The notes beneath the pieces were generated by a model. It saw only the letters and a program-made list of their open reading frames with translations. It made no database searches and was not told where the DNA came from. Positions 52,111-64,000 of a DNA stretch of 64,000 nt are shown piece by piece. A program made the position numbers and the translations under genes. The stretch comes from Eledone cirrhosa (lineage: Eukaryota), in contig OZ024746.1 in the NCBI GenBank assembly GCA_964016885.1, positions 11,594,001 through 11,658,000 of the forward strand. The letters run 5' to 3'. Numbering within the stretch: position 1 is the first letter of the stretch; the number at the start of each line of letters is the position of its first letter.

Positions 52111-53530
52111 GCAAACTGGTAGAAATGATATAGCAATGGCATTGGTCTTGAAACTGAGTTCAAATAATGTTTCACTTTACTTTTTCCTTGACCCTCCAGG
52201 ATTGTGGGGAGCGCTGAGTTGCAACATATATAATATAATATCAAATAATGCTAGGTTTGGTAAAAAAAAGTAGTAATCATGTGTGGGAGTGGTTACTTAT
52301 ACCCAACTCTTTCAAACTAGTGGCCTTCTGCTAATGCCAGAAATTATTAATATCATATGTTATTATATTTAATTTGTGGTAGCCCTGCAGAGCAAGAACT
52401 AAGTACTTGACAAGTTGCGATTACAATGCAATTATTGATTTTCAATTCAGACAAGATCCCTCATTTAAAAGAGCATGAACATCATAATCTCACATTTCCA
52501 TAAAGTATCAGACATTTGTGGCCTAGTTGACAAACATTTGCAGTATTTAATTATGTTTGTTTGCTTTTTTTAACTAATCAGTTCTAATCCTTCCACCATT
52601 GACTTAGGCTTTCAAGTAGAAACAAATAAAGCATCAGATCCCTTTTGGAGTTTTTTTGTGTCATTCATTTCTGGGACAAATTACAAAAATATATATTTAT
52701 ATATATATATATATAATTATACGTAATTAAAATTGTCACAAATATACATAACATCTCAATGAAAAGAGATTGTTAAAAGATTTTATTCAGAGATGTAAAT
52801 CTATATATAGAGAGTATCTTTTACAAATCACTGACAATTTGTTTCCAAACAATGTGAACAAACATTACTTAACAGTTTAATTGTAAGCAGCACAGCTGTA
52901 AATTGTTTTGTTTCTCTAATAAATACCTATTAGTATCAATCGCCAGATAAAGAACCATTTTTTTACAATCCGTGTCATCCATTTTCAAAGGAATTCTAAT
53001 AAACTTTCTTATATGCACCAATTTATACCTCTAATATCACTCTCATCTCCTTCACATTCAGAATATTTTACAAAAGCTACTTTCGGAATCAATTTCTGCC
53101 TCCAGTATTTGGCTGGAGATAAGAATTTCTAACATGTTTTAAAAAATAAAATTCAAAACAAATAATAATTAGTTGTTGTTTTTTTTTAGTTTTTAAAGTA
53201 ATATAACCTTGAAATTAGCTATGTACTTAACCTGGTCCATTATATGTAAAGAAAATATCTTCAACAAGAAGAATTTACCAAGTGCAATGTTTTCCAAATA
53301 TTAGAATGTATCCATTATACACGTCTAACGGTAAGCTGCTTAATCTTTTAATTAATTATGTTCTACTTATATAATTTCAATTAATTAAGTGAGTTTCAAT
53401 GTCCAAATATTTCGCCAAATTGACAATTAAACTTGACTGGAAAACAGATTTTTACTCAACATTAGATGAGAACAAATAACATCATCCTCATCACTGTTTA
53501 ACCATTTTCCCAACCTAGCATGGGTTAGAC

Positions 53531-53605
53531 CAGAGGTTCTCAAAGTGGGCGCTACCCCACCCCACTCCTACTGATGGAGGGGCGTTGAGCAAGTCCAGGG
53601 GGTCC
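53531..53605 (+). mobile_element. hAT (Charlie-like) terminal fragment
   Basis: Begins cagaggttctcaaagtggg, typical of hAT-Charlie TIRs; partner end not found. Confidence 0.5.
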
Positions 53606-53619
53606 TGTCAGAAGCAATC

Positions 53620-53990
53620 ATCTCCAACTGATCCGGCTGGATCCCCAAACAAGACCAGCTGAGCTTGTAGATGTTATCACACCATCTTGCTCCAGATCTA
53701 CTTCTGAGTCTCCTGCCAGTTGGTTTTGCCCATAAAATCTATCCTAAGATTCTTTCCTTAAATATTCTAAAAACATGTCTGTAATATCGGAGCTGTGATC
53801 TCTCAACTCGGAGAAGTAGCAGCTCTACCTGGAGTAACACCCTGATCTCCGAGTTACGCACTCTATTAAGTAACGTTTTGCAGGTTATATAGATCATCTG
53901 CATAATTTTTCTCTAAAATATAGCAACCTTCTAGTCAGACCTTATCATATAATGTGATGATAGGTGAAGATGCTGAGGATATTCATGACC
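53620..53990 (-). mobile_element. Decayed RTE (Expander-like) LINE 3' fragment
   Basis: Remnant RVRNSEIR..QVELLLLRVERSQLRYYRHVFR. Confidence 0.7.
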
Positions 53991-55289
53991 AATGCTATAT
54001 TTGCTAAATTAAATGTGGATTTAACTGCCATTTACATAGTAAAACTGTAGACTACAAAGAAACTAATGCTGTTCAGTATCAGTAAAAGGTAAACACAAAT
54101 GATGGACTAGGTTATCTTGCTGTGAGAAAGAACACTTCATCAATAAGAAAAGAAATGTCAAGTGGATTTGAAGGATAAAATAAATTGGGATTAGTGAGAG
54201 GAGAGCTATGGTCAACACACAAAAAAAAATCATCTGAAAAACGTTAGAGTGAGGGAGTAATAATAGGGAAATGTTATGTAGACGTATGTGCGGTGATAGG
54301 AAGGGCATCTAGTCATAGAAACCATGTCATGTGTATAGAATTCTAAACCAGATCATGAAAATTCAGTGCTTGAATACCTAATAATGTTGAAAAATGAAAA
54401 GAGAAAAAAATTGATAATATATCTAATAAATAAAATGTTGTCAAAGATACAATTAATACACAAAAATAAGAAATTATTTCTTCATTTATGAGAAAAGAGA
54501 AATGTTTACTAACGCTGTTGGAATTCAGTTCAAACCAAAACATTGGTGTTGCAGCTTATAAACGAAGGGAAGTAACTCAGTTATTTAAAACAGACATCCA
54601 GAAACATTTCTCGAAAATTAGAAAATTTAATTGCAAGTAATATTAAGCAACTGGTTTATTGCTTCAGTATAAGGTCATCTATTTTTAGAACAAGGTTTTT
54701 ACCAATTTCGGAGGGAAAATAATTTTCACCTTAGGATTTAAATTCAGACACAACCATGAAAGGTGAAAATAAATACTGGTTTGCATTTAGTTTATCCATA
54801 TCTCCTATTAAAAAATTGATATTTAAAATTATTTTATCTTTAAGTTTCATTCTGAATAATATTTTTCGCTTTTAGTGATTTCAATCATTGGATTGTAGCC
54901 ACGCTAGAGCATTGTATCACGTACTTCTATATACTAGTATATAACGATCCTCAAATAAGTACAATTTGAACATAGAATATCAAGGGGCATAACCAAATAT
55001 AACAATGTATTTTATCTGACGCTCTACTTTTTCTGATATTATCAAACCATTTTAAATTTACAACTTATAAATATATTGTTTCACCACCATCTTGTCATTT
55101 ATTGTTGCTTTCAGGGAAAGAAATTATCATGCCAACATTTCTTCCCGAAAAAAATTGTAATTTTTATTGTGTACTATTAATCTTTTTCCCTCAACAGTTC
55201 CAGTGATTAATGTTACATCTCAACTATAGAGTTCAAGTGAAGCAAATTTGTAAATTTGTTTCAGTTGTCATTTTGGAATCAATTCGCTA

Positions 55290-55510
55290 GTAACCCTTTT
55301 GTGGCCATATTTATAATGAAATACACTATTTCAATTAACTCATTAAGAGTTTCAGGGACTTACTAAAATTATTGATTATTTCATTTCAAAGATAGTAGAT
55401 TAATATACAAGTTATTATATAAAACATTGTTGGAACATTTTAATTTAAATAGAACGCTTTTCGTAAAATTAGAGCAGGGTTTTGAAAAGAGTTGGTATCA
55501 AAAAGGTTAA
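55290..55510 (-). mobile_element. piggyBac-type MITE, family A
   Basis: taacccttttgtggcc...gttggtatcaaaaaggttaa. Confidence 0.75.
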
Positions 55511-55887
55511 CATAAAATACATGAAGATCAGGGTTTTCTAGTAAAAAATAATTATATAGTTATAGTTAGATGTTCACAGAAAGAGTGTAATGGTTAATAT
55601 AAGTTTCTATTTATCTGCATTTATCAAAAATAAGTATTGTTATTTTGTTTTCCTTTTTAGTGCTTAAGTGTGTCTCCTTCATTGTTTGTCATCTGTAAAA
55701 ATCTAAAATATCTCCAAAGACGTTTACAATGTTATCTCATGGTATACATTGGTAATATGAAGCTTACATACACCAGGATTTTGATTCGAGTGACACAGGA
55801 AAGAAATCTCTTTCAACAACTTCTATAAAGATAGCCACCCGCTACCTCATTCTTTTGACATTTTATGTATGAAGATGTGTATACACA

Positions 55888-55922
<35 letters not shown>

Positions 55923-56409
55923 CAGGGAGGGAGACAGAGAAAAAGGAAGAGTCAGCTATCAAATAACAGGTGAGATGATTAAAAAGAAAAAAGTACCCCC
56001 CTCCCCTACAATACATACATTATGCCCACCTACTGCTGACAGAATTGTGCCTGCTTCCTGTAAACTGACAAACAGAATTAAAGCCAGGTGAGAGGAAATA
56101 AACTAAATGGTAAATAAAGGTTGACATTGAAATACTGACAAACCTAAAAACAGTTGAACTTCAAACTCACTATAAGCTTCAATCATCAGGTGAAAACTGG
56201 AACATTTATTCTTATGCTAATAATGTATGTAGGAGGGGGTGATATAAGGCAAATGTTAATCTCCAGTACCTCTAACCAAATTGATTTAATCTCTAATGTT
56301 TACTCTCTCTTACTTTTCTGCTTTTATAATATTTTTTTATGCTTATAAGAGATTTGATAGTAAAATATTTTACAGCAAACTGCTCATTTTGATGCTAGAT
56401 TCTTATTTT

Positions 56410-56518
56410 GTTTAATGGGTGCATGCTTAGAAGTTTAATGGGTGCATGCATTGATGTGTGGTTACGAAGTTTAATGGGTGCAGGCATTGCTGTATGGTTA
56501 AAAAGTTTAATGGGTGCC
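56410..56518 (+). repeat. Short tandem amplification (4 copies of gtttaatgggtgc), resembling a duplicated SINE head
   Basis: Directly visible; units of 23-36 bp. Confidence 0.7.
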
Positions 56519-57639
56519 AGAATTATGCTACATTTCTTTTTGTTACTTTCTTAACTTGGTCCATCAATTTGATGCATCTCTCTTTAGCAACTCCTCTACC
56601 CTTGTAGCAATTGATGATACTGCTAAGCCAGTCATTGGATATGACACCTTCTTGTATTACCTGATTGGCTATGTGAATGACTAGTTAATGCATGTCCTAC
56701 TTCACCAGATGTTTTCAGCATCTCAGTGCTTGATGGTTCTGCTGCTTTCCCTACATATCTTTAACAAAACTAAAACACAAACAGAAAATACTACCAGCAT
56801 CTTTTAATATCAATGTAGGCCATATATTCTATATAAGCATTTTTCATATTAAAATATCTATCATTGTAATTGGGGAGTCCCAGTTTTCTTAAATTGTTTA
56901 CGTTTTCCATAGCTCATTTTCACTCTGGTTATCATTCTTTAACTATCAGTATAATAATCCATTCTCACACAGGTCAAGCCTTCACCACTACAAGTAACCC
57001 CTCCCCACCATTGAACCTAAACTCATATCTTATCTTATCTTGTCAACATTCTTGACAATTCCTCAAGACTAACATCCTATCTTTATCTCATTTATCCCAC
57101 ATTTTATCTCACTCTCATTTAAATTGCTTCATTTTAGTTACTAGAAAAATATACTACATATGTGTATCAGCATCACCGTTTAACATCCATTTTTCCACGC
57201 TAGCATGAATTAGATGAGTTGTCCCAATGTGAGACAAGCCAGATCAGATGACTGTGTGTTGCTCATACAGAATTGATTCTGGCTTGGTTTTTCTATGGTT
57301 GGATGCCCATCTTAATGCCAACCACATTTACAATGTGTACTGGGTGCTTTTTATCATGGCACCAAAGCAACCATTTTACAGTGTACACACACACAATATA
57401 TTTTTCTTTAAAAATAAAGATAAAAATGTTTAAAGCATCTGGAAAACAATTTATCTTCTGGACTTTGCTCTGGGATTGAAATCTGCAACATGCACTTAAA
57501 CACACACACACAGGTAGACAGGGGCAAATGATTGAGTATATAAGGTAGATTAGCTATGTCCTTTTTAGTCAATATGACTATTGGCACTGTCAGTTAATAT
57601 TAAGTTAATAATGTGACACACAAAAACAAAATCAACTGC

Positions 57640-57892
57640 TTAACCCTTCCATATTTCTATTGAAAAACACTGGCTATGATTTTCAAATAATTTTAAAAAT
57701 AGTCAAGAATTTGTAGGGATTTTGTAATGTAACTAGCCTCGTTATTTATCTAATGTTTTGAGCATAACTTAAGAAAGGTTCTTACATAAAATATTGATTG
57801 AATGTTTTTAGATAAATATAAACACTTTAAAAGAAATTCTTGTTTTGTAGAACCAGCAGCAGTTTTCAGCGGTTTGGTATCAAAAGAGTTAA
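57640..57892 (-). mobile_element. piggyBac-type MITE, family A
   Basis: ttaacccttcc...ggtttggtatcaaaagagttaa. Confidence 0.78.
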
Positions 57893-58900
57893 TATCCATT
57901 ACATCCTGTATTACTGACAGTCAATCAGGAGTGGTGAATTAAAAACACTGGTTAAAACAATTATTGCAACTAGCTTTTTATTATTACTATTTAAACACAA
58001 CTCCAAACGAAGCTGCATATTTACAAAAGACAACATATGACTTATGTGAAGGTCAAAGGCTGAAGCCAAAATATTATAAACACAAAAGGGGTGTGATTTG
58101 AGTATATATATTGTGTGTGTATATATATGTATATACACACATACATATATACTTATTCATGAAGCTAATGCTCTTTGGATAGGCATGAATGTTGTGATTT
58201 GTTTTATATTCCTCCCTCTTCAGCATATACATACAGGCTACTTTCTACATTAAAAATTAATGTTATCAGAGATAGACAGACATTTCAAAATGCTTACCAC
58301 CAACAGCCTGAACTTATCTACTACTTTGGTAGAAGCATATTCTCTCAGTGTTCTGAAAATATTGTAGTAAATTCTCTGTGCTCTTCTTCACTAGTTGCTG
58401 TATCTAATAAAACTGATTTTTTTTCTTTTACCCTCCATATAATTCAAGTGAAAGTTACTAGAAGTAGTGTGAAATTGCTGACCACTAATTGATCTTAATC
58501 ACATTTCCCTCGGCTTCTATACAATATAACACTTTTTTTGGAAGTCTTAAATTTTTCAAACAGCTATGATAGAATGAATAATGAAGGTTCTCATCCAAAT
58601 GGTTGGTTGCTTTAGAGCACAGTTTATATTGACAGTTTTGTTCTTATATTAGGCACACTTAAAGCATTTAAAACTTTGTTTTATAAGGATAAAAGAACAC
58701 TGGTGTTTGATAGAAGAGAAATTCCCAGTGAATTCAGCTTTGGTTGTTGTTTAGAGGTAAATATGGTTAAAATGACAAGAAATATTGCCTTGATTAGTGA
58801 TGCTTCATACAATTACAAGGTTTCCAAATTTTGGATTAAAAGAGGTTAATAGGTTTAGAGAATAAAGGAGACAAACAAATTAGAGATATGCTATTTCATT

Positions 58901-59103
58901 TTAACCCTTAACATTTACATTACTCTATATTTACTATTATATTTTCATGGTGAAGGCTTTGCCTTACATAATTATCTTACATAATATTGAATCTATGAGA
59001 TTTTGATATTATTAATTTTGAGAACAATATCTTACAACTGGTTTGAACAGAAGATATGAGAGAATTCTCGCCAGATACGCCAATTTAAATGCTAAAGGGT
59101 TAA
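58901..59103 (-). mobile_element. piggyBac-type MITE, family B
   Basis: ttaacccttaacattt...tttaaatgctaaagggttaa; inverted copy of 19191. Confidence 0.85.
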
Positions 59104-61999
59104 ACCATCATTTGCTGCCAACTCTGTCCAAACATTTTTGAACTTCAATGTCCAAATGAATTTGATATACAGTTGTAAAACATTTTTTCCAACACTAGAG
59201 ATACTATAACAATCAAAAATATATGACCACACCCACTGTCTGATCAGAACTAGCTGGAGGAAAGCCTATCTAGCTTATGGTAGAAGAAAAAAAATAGATG
59301 ATAGACTACTTAAGACTTCCTGGATTCTAAAAATGGAAACATGTCCCGCCAACACAGTATTGAATTTCTAATGTACATGAATAGTTCATGCCAAAAGAAA
59401 GGGAAGAGAATAATTATAAGTGGTTAATAACATAGACAGAGAGAAGAGGGGGTGAGAAAGGAAAGACTAGAATACAGAGATAGTGAAAAAAAAGATGCCT
59501 CTTTTAAGATTAGTAGTATGGGTCATCAACAACACAATCACAATTTTAGTTTCAAAAATAAAAAGATATGTCTATCTAGACACAAAGGCAATGTTTATAG
59601 TAGTGGAAAATATATTTGGCTGAATCAACACTAATATTTTACAGGGACTTATTATTGATACTGGAAGGAAGACAGTCTGAATTGAACTTAAAGCAATGAA
59701 GCACTGGTGTTGTTGGATACCATAAAGGATTCAATACAACTCGTTACTATCTAAGTCACAACTGTATTTAACTATTATTTCTTAGCTAACTTTTAATGAC
59801 ACACAAGAAAAACTTTTGTAAGGAGAGAATGTAGTCAACAGATTTAATCATAGTAGATTACTGGTATATATTTTACCAACACTATTGGTATGAAGAATAG
59901 CAACATTGAATCCAAATTTAGGTATAAAAGAATTGGAGGTTACAAACAAAGTATCTCTACCTTTTTCCTCCTTTGAACTGAAGACAAACAGAAAGATAAG
60001 TTCTTTTACATGTTCAGAATGGATTGGATGTTTATTAATAAAGTAGTCACTCAGTCATAAAGTACTCTTGGGTCACAAATAATCGTTTATTAATTTTTTA
60101 GATTTTTCCAACCCTGCTCTTATTCAAACTTCCCTGCTTACTAAATTTAGCTAATCTGTCTCTGGCAAAATTTCATTTTAAGTGGTAGCATTCCTACGAC
60201 AATTTTCTTTATACATTAAAAAATATTACATAAGACAAAAAAAAAGACATTAGAAATCCCATACCTTATAAAATTAATAGGATGGGTTGGAGTCTCAATA
60301 TGTAAACTAAATGACTAATTCTAGAAAAATTATGATTTTCCACCAATTATTTTGGGACCCGAGAGTAGTCATTCAAACATGAAGTAAGAGTGGATCCTGT
60401 TGCTGAGCAAATAGACTTTGGTAAGAAAACTGTTGTCTCTATTATTCAGTTAATAACCATAATGTCAGTAGCACAACACTTTAACCTTAGAATTATTGTA
60501 CCTGTATTTTCATTATCATTATATGAGAAGATAATCAAAAGCAAAATGTTTTTAAGGGAATAATGGTGCAAGTGAAACATTTTCAAATTGGAATCAAAAC
60601 AAGATCACAGGCTCAGTTTATTGAGAACACACCACCACACTGACATCTGCCACCACAATAATTTTTTTTTCTTTTTACTAGGCAGAAGGCCAATTCAGAT
60701 TATCTGTTTTGCCAGACAAACAAAAAGTCACATAATACTTAAATATACTTGCGCTCTACAACTAGAATACTCATAATTCCACCAAGCTACAGGCAGACAA
60801 GAGAAAGACCATATATATATATGTACTAGTGCAAACGTGCTATCTTAAAGATAGCATGTTTGGCTTGTTACATTGGTTTACGAATATGGCAATGAAGGAA
60901 CATGACAAGTAGAGAGATGTCGTGCTGAGAAAAACCCGTTCAACCCATGCAAGCATGGAAAAGCAGACGTGATGATGATGATGATGATGATGATAAACAA
61001 AAAGACAGATAGATAGAAGTCTTACATAATATTGTTAACCTTTCATAATTGTTGAGATAAATATAAAATAGAGCAACAGATAAACGGACAGACACACAGA
61101 TGGAAATATGTAGATAGATAGATAGATGGAATCTTATTTAAAGCTTTCTTCCCAATATATATTTTTTAAATGAAATTTTGCAAAGATATATTACAATTTA
61201 TATTACAATTTATATTACAATTTTTTTTTTTGCTCTAAACTGTACTTTGTTACAATAACTTGGAAATCAAGATACTTCCATTTGTTAATGTGTTCATTAC
61301 TTTTGATCTGAATCTGCCGATTCAACATAAACTTTTCATTATGCTTCCAATTTCAGGTTGATAATGAATAATATCAATCAGAATAATATCAGTTTTTTTT
61401 CCTACATTAACATAATGTCATTTCTACAACTATGAATAAAAATTAAATTTTTTTAAAAAACAATTTTATCAACACAGTCGTTATCAAACATTAAAAATTA
61501 TATTTTTGAAAATTCCATTTAAAATATAGGCATTACTAAGAAAGTTGTGAGAAAACAAATTCTGAGGAATGCTACATTGTTTATTTTTCATAATAAATAG
61601 CTAAAGAAAAATAGACAGACAGATAAATATATATAGATGGGCAGACAGGCAGAGGGGTAAACATACAGATAGATAGATAGATTGGTTGGTAGCTAGGCAG
61701 ATAGATAACATGGTAATTTACAATAAGATAGACATGGTATTGGCAACTACATAGTGAGATGTTGAAAATACTGCAGTTGATAGTTTGAGAAACATCTTAC
61801 TACTTGATATGGTCAGCAAATGTTAATTTAGGATTCCTTGAATTGGTATGGACTCACAAATTTACAAGGAAGAAATATAGTCAATAGAATTGACTCCAAT
61901 ACATACAGATCTGGTATTTAATTTTTTTTTTCTTAAATTCCAGAAGGGTGAAATACAAAGTTAACACAAAATATGATGATGATAATAATAATGTCCAAA

Positions 62000-62250
62000 T
62001 CTACTGAAATCTGGCTTAGATACATGGATGACACCTTTATACTTTGGCAACTCCATGAAGACGTCAAAGTTCTTGCAGACAACATATGTCAATGTAATTT
62101 GCCCTAGAGAAAGAAATCAACAACCAATTGCCATTCCTTAATGTTTAAGTGCTAAGGGTAGAAACGGGTGTCAGAACATCAGTATACAAAGCCAATAACA
62201 ACTGGGCTTCACTTAAACTGTCCATAGTATAATCAGTCTATCAAAAACCA
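62000..62250 (+). mobile_element. Decayed Penelope/Poseidon-type RT fragment
   Basis: IWLRYMDDTFILW, LEKEINNQLPFLNV, RTSVYK. Confidence 0.75.
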
Positions 62251-62322
62251 ATAACGACACAGTGTTAAGAAACTAATTATGAAATGACTACAGCATCGGG
62301 CAATAACAATTTGCATCAATAC

Positions 62323-62540
62323 TTTACTGCAAGATCTGTCAAAATCCAGAGTATTACTACAAGATCTGGCTGTCAAAATCCAGGGAATTACTACAAGACC
62401 TGACAAAATTCAGATAATTACTATAAGATCTAGCTGACAAAATTCATAGATCTAGCTGATAAAATTCAGAGAATTACTGCAAGATCTGACAAAATTCAAA
62501 GAATTACTACAAGATCTGGCTGACAAAATTCAGAGTAATT
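62323..62540 (+). repeat. ~30-34-bp minisatellite, about 7 copies
   Basis: Unit approximately ttactacaagatct(ggct)gacaaaattcagagaa. Confidence 0.85.
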
Positions 62541-62850
62541 GGAAAACATAAACAGTGTTCAAAAGCAACACAATTACACTTTTCAGATTCCTCATCAAAT
62601 TTAAGCCAAGTAAAAAGTGACAGAAGCATATCTATCTGAAGTACATTCAACATTGACAGAAGCACATATCTATGAGAAGTACAATCAGATCAAAATGGTT
62701 TTCATTAGTAAAAGATAGAATTAAACAACCAAAATAACAATTGTAAATACACCAGCAGCTTTGTAGATAAATACATTACTAACCTAGTAGTGCACATATA
62801 GATATTGTAAATAGACAACTGTAATTAATTGTAGAATGAAAATTAAACTT

Positions 62851-63225
62851 TATCATCATCATTTTACGTCCGCTTTTCCCTGCTTGCAAGGGTGGAACGG
62901 GAACTGATTCTGGCTTGATTTCTACAGCTGGATGCTCTTCCTAACACCAACCTCATTTCCAGTGAGTGCTGGGTGCTTTTTTCCGCAGCGCCTACATGTC
63001 CACTTTACAGTGTGGGCTGGGTGCTTTTTTGCTGTGGCACCTCCACGACCACTTTGCAGTGGAATGATAGGGACCCCACTCCCTATCATCTCATTTCTAC
63101 AGCTGAGTGAACTGGAGCAATGTGAAATAAAGTGTCTTGCTCAAGGAAATAACACATCACCAGGTCTGAGAATTGAACTCACAACCTTTTGATTGCAAGG
63201 AATGCATTTGGGAATGGGTTAATAC
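62851..63225 (-). mobile_element. Composite SINE-like repeat: tRNA-like head and core (63225-63090) joined to an RTE-type 3' tail (63060-62851)
   Basis: Head and core match 34230-34360; tail matches the RTE 3'UTR 41753-41940. Confidence 0.6.
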
Positions 63226-63310
63226 TACTGATATTGTTTGCTTTTGTTTATTTGCCACAAGAGCAATAACAATAAATAAATAGTTTTTTGTTTTTATTAT
63301 TATAAATGGA

Positions 63311-63497
63311 GGGCGGTGGATTGGCAGTATCGGTAGAAGGTCGGACGCCATGCTTTGCAGCATAAAGTTACAGCCCTTTACGTCTGAGTTCAAATCCTGC
63401 CGAGGTTAATTTTGCCTTTCATCCTTATGGAGTCAATAAAATAAAGCACCAGTAATGCACTGGAGTAATTGCTGGCCTTGTGCCAAAAGTAGAAACA
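63311..63497 (+). mobile_element. Young full-length SINE with 15-bp TSD
   Basis: 7972 family; TSD attattataaatgga at 63296-63310 and 63498-63512. Confidence 0.9.
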
Positions 63498-64000
63498 ATT
63501 ATTATAAATGGAACAATCTTTGAATAAGCCTAGCAATAATAATTTCAAACAATCCTAAGTCAATGCCCATTCAGACAGTATCTTTACTATTTTAGTTTAT
63601 ATAGCAGTCTAGCAATACAAATAAAACCAAAGAAGATAGAGTCACTATGTAGTCAGTCACTCAACCTCCTACACAGAGCAGCCAATTCTCTATCTACTGT
63701 CATAAAAAAAGAAAAGAATAACACATTGAATAATGTTGTCCTGTTTGAAATTATCATCACCACCATTTAACAGTTATTTTCCACACTTACATGGATTATA
63801 GAAAAAAACAAACACAAAGTATGGTCAAAAGTCTTCTCAATCAAAGTGACTCAGGGCTAGATAACAACAGCAGCATGATACATGCAGTATACAGCTGTTT
63901 CACATATTTACTAAACCATTTCAGTTAATTCCCTGCCATATAGAAATTAAGACATAATTTTAGAATTCACATGAGATAAGTTCTACTTCTCATAATAAAT

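Larger units (their letters stand above)
52700..55850. promoter_or_regulatory. Second CpG-retaining zone, candidate hypomethylated regulatory region
   Basis: Roughly 35 CpGs by eye count in ~3.2 kb of AT-rich DNA, including within old repeats; flanks are nearly CpG-free. Confidence 0.35.

Overview
AT-rich eukaryotic (metazoan) genomic DNA, almost entirely intronic and repeat-rich. It is not prokaryotic: there are no operons, rRNA/tRNA genes or CRISPR arrays. The repeat content (tRNA-derived SINEs with ATT tails, RTE LINEs with (ATG)n tails, TTAA-CCC MITEs) resembles a coleoid cephalopod such as Octopus; this is an inference, not a database result. The only host coding sequence I can support is one 105-nt minus-strand internal exon (31995-32099) encoding the conserved zinc-finger segment of an ataxin-7 (ATXN7/Sgf73) family protein. 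No neighbouring exon was recognised in the ~32 kb on either side. The rest is transposon sequence: a young 5'-truncated RTE LINE with a PHD finger inside its RT, older RTE, CR1-like, Tx1-like and Penelope-like fragments, a decayed mariner nested in a MITE, two piggyBac-type MITE families, SINEs with clear TSDs, and several mini- and microsatellites. The most interesting non-annotated signals are two CpG-retaining islands in an otherwise CpG-depleted gene body (candidate internal promoter and enhancer), a pre-miRNA-like hairpin, a near-perfect inverted SINE pair (candidate ADAR substrate), and shared SINE target sites. I did not find convincing evidence of a wholly new biological system. Most ORFs in the supplied track are spurious.
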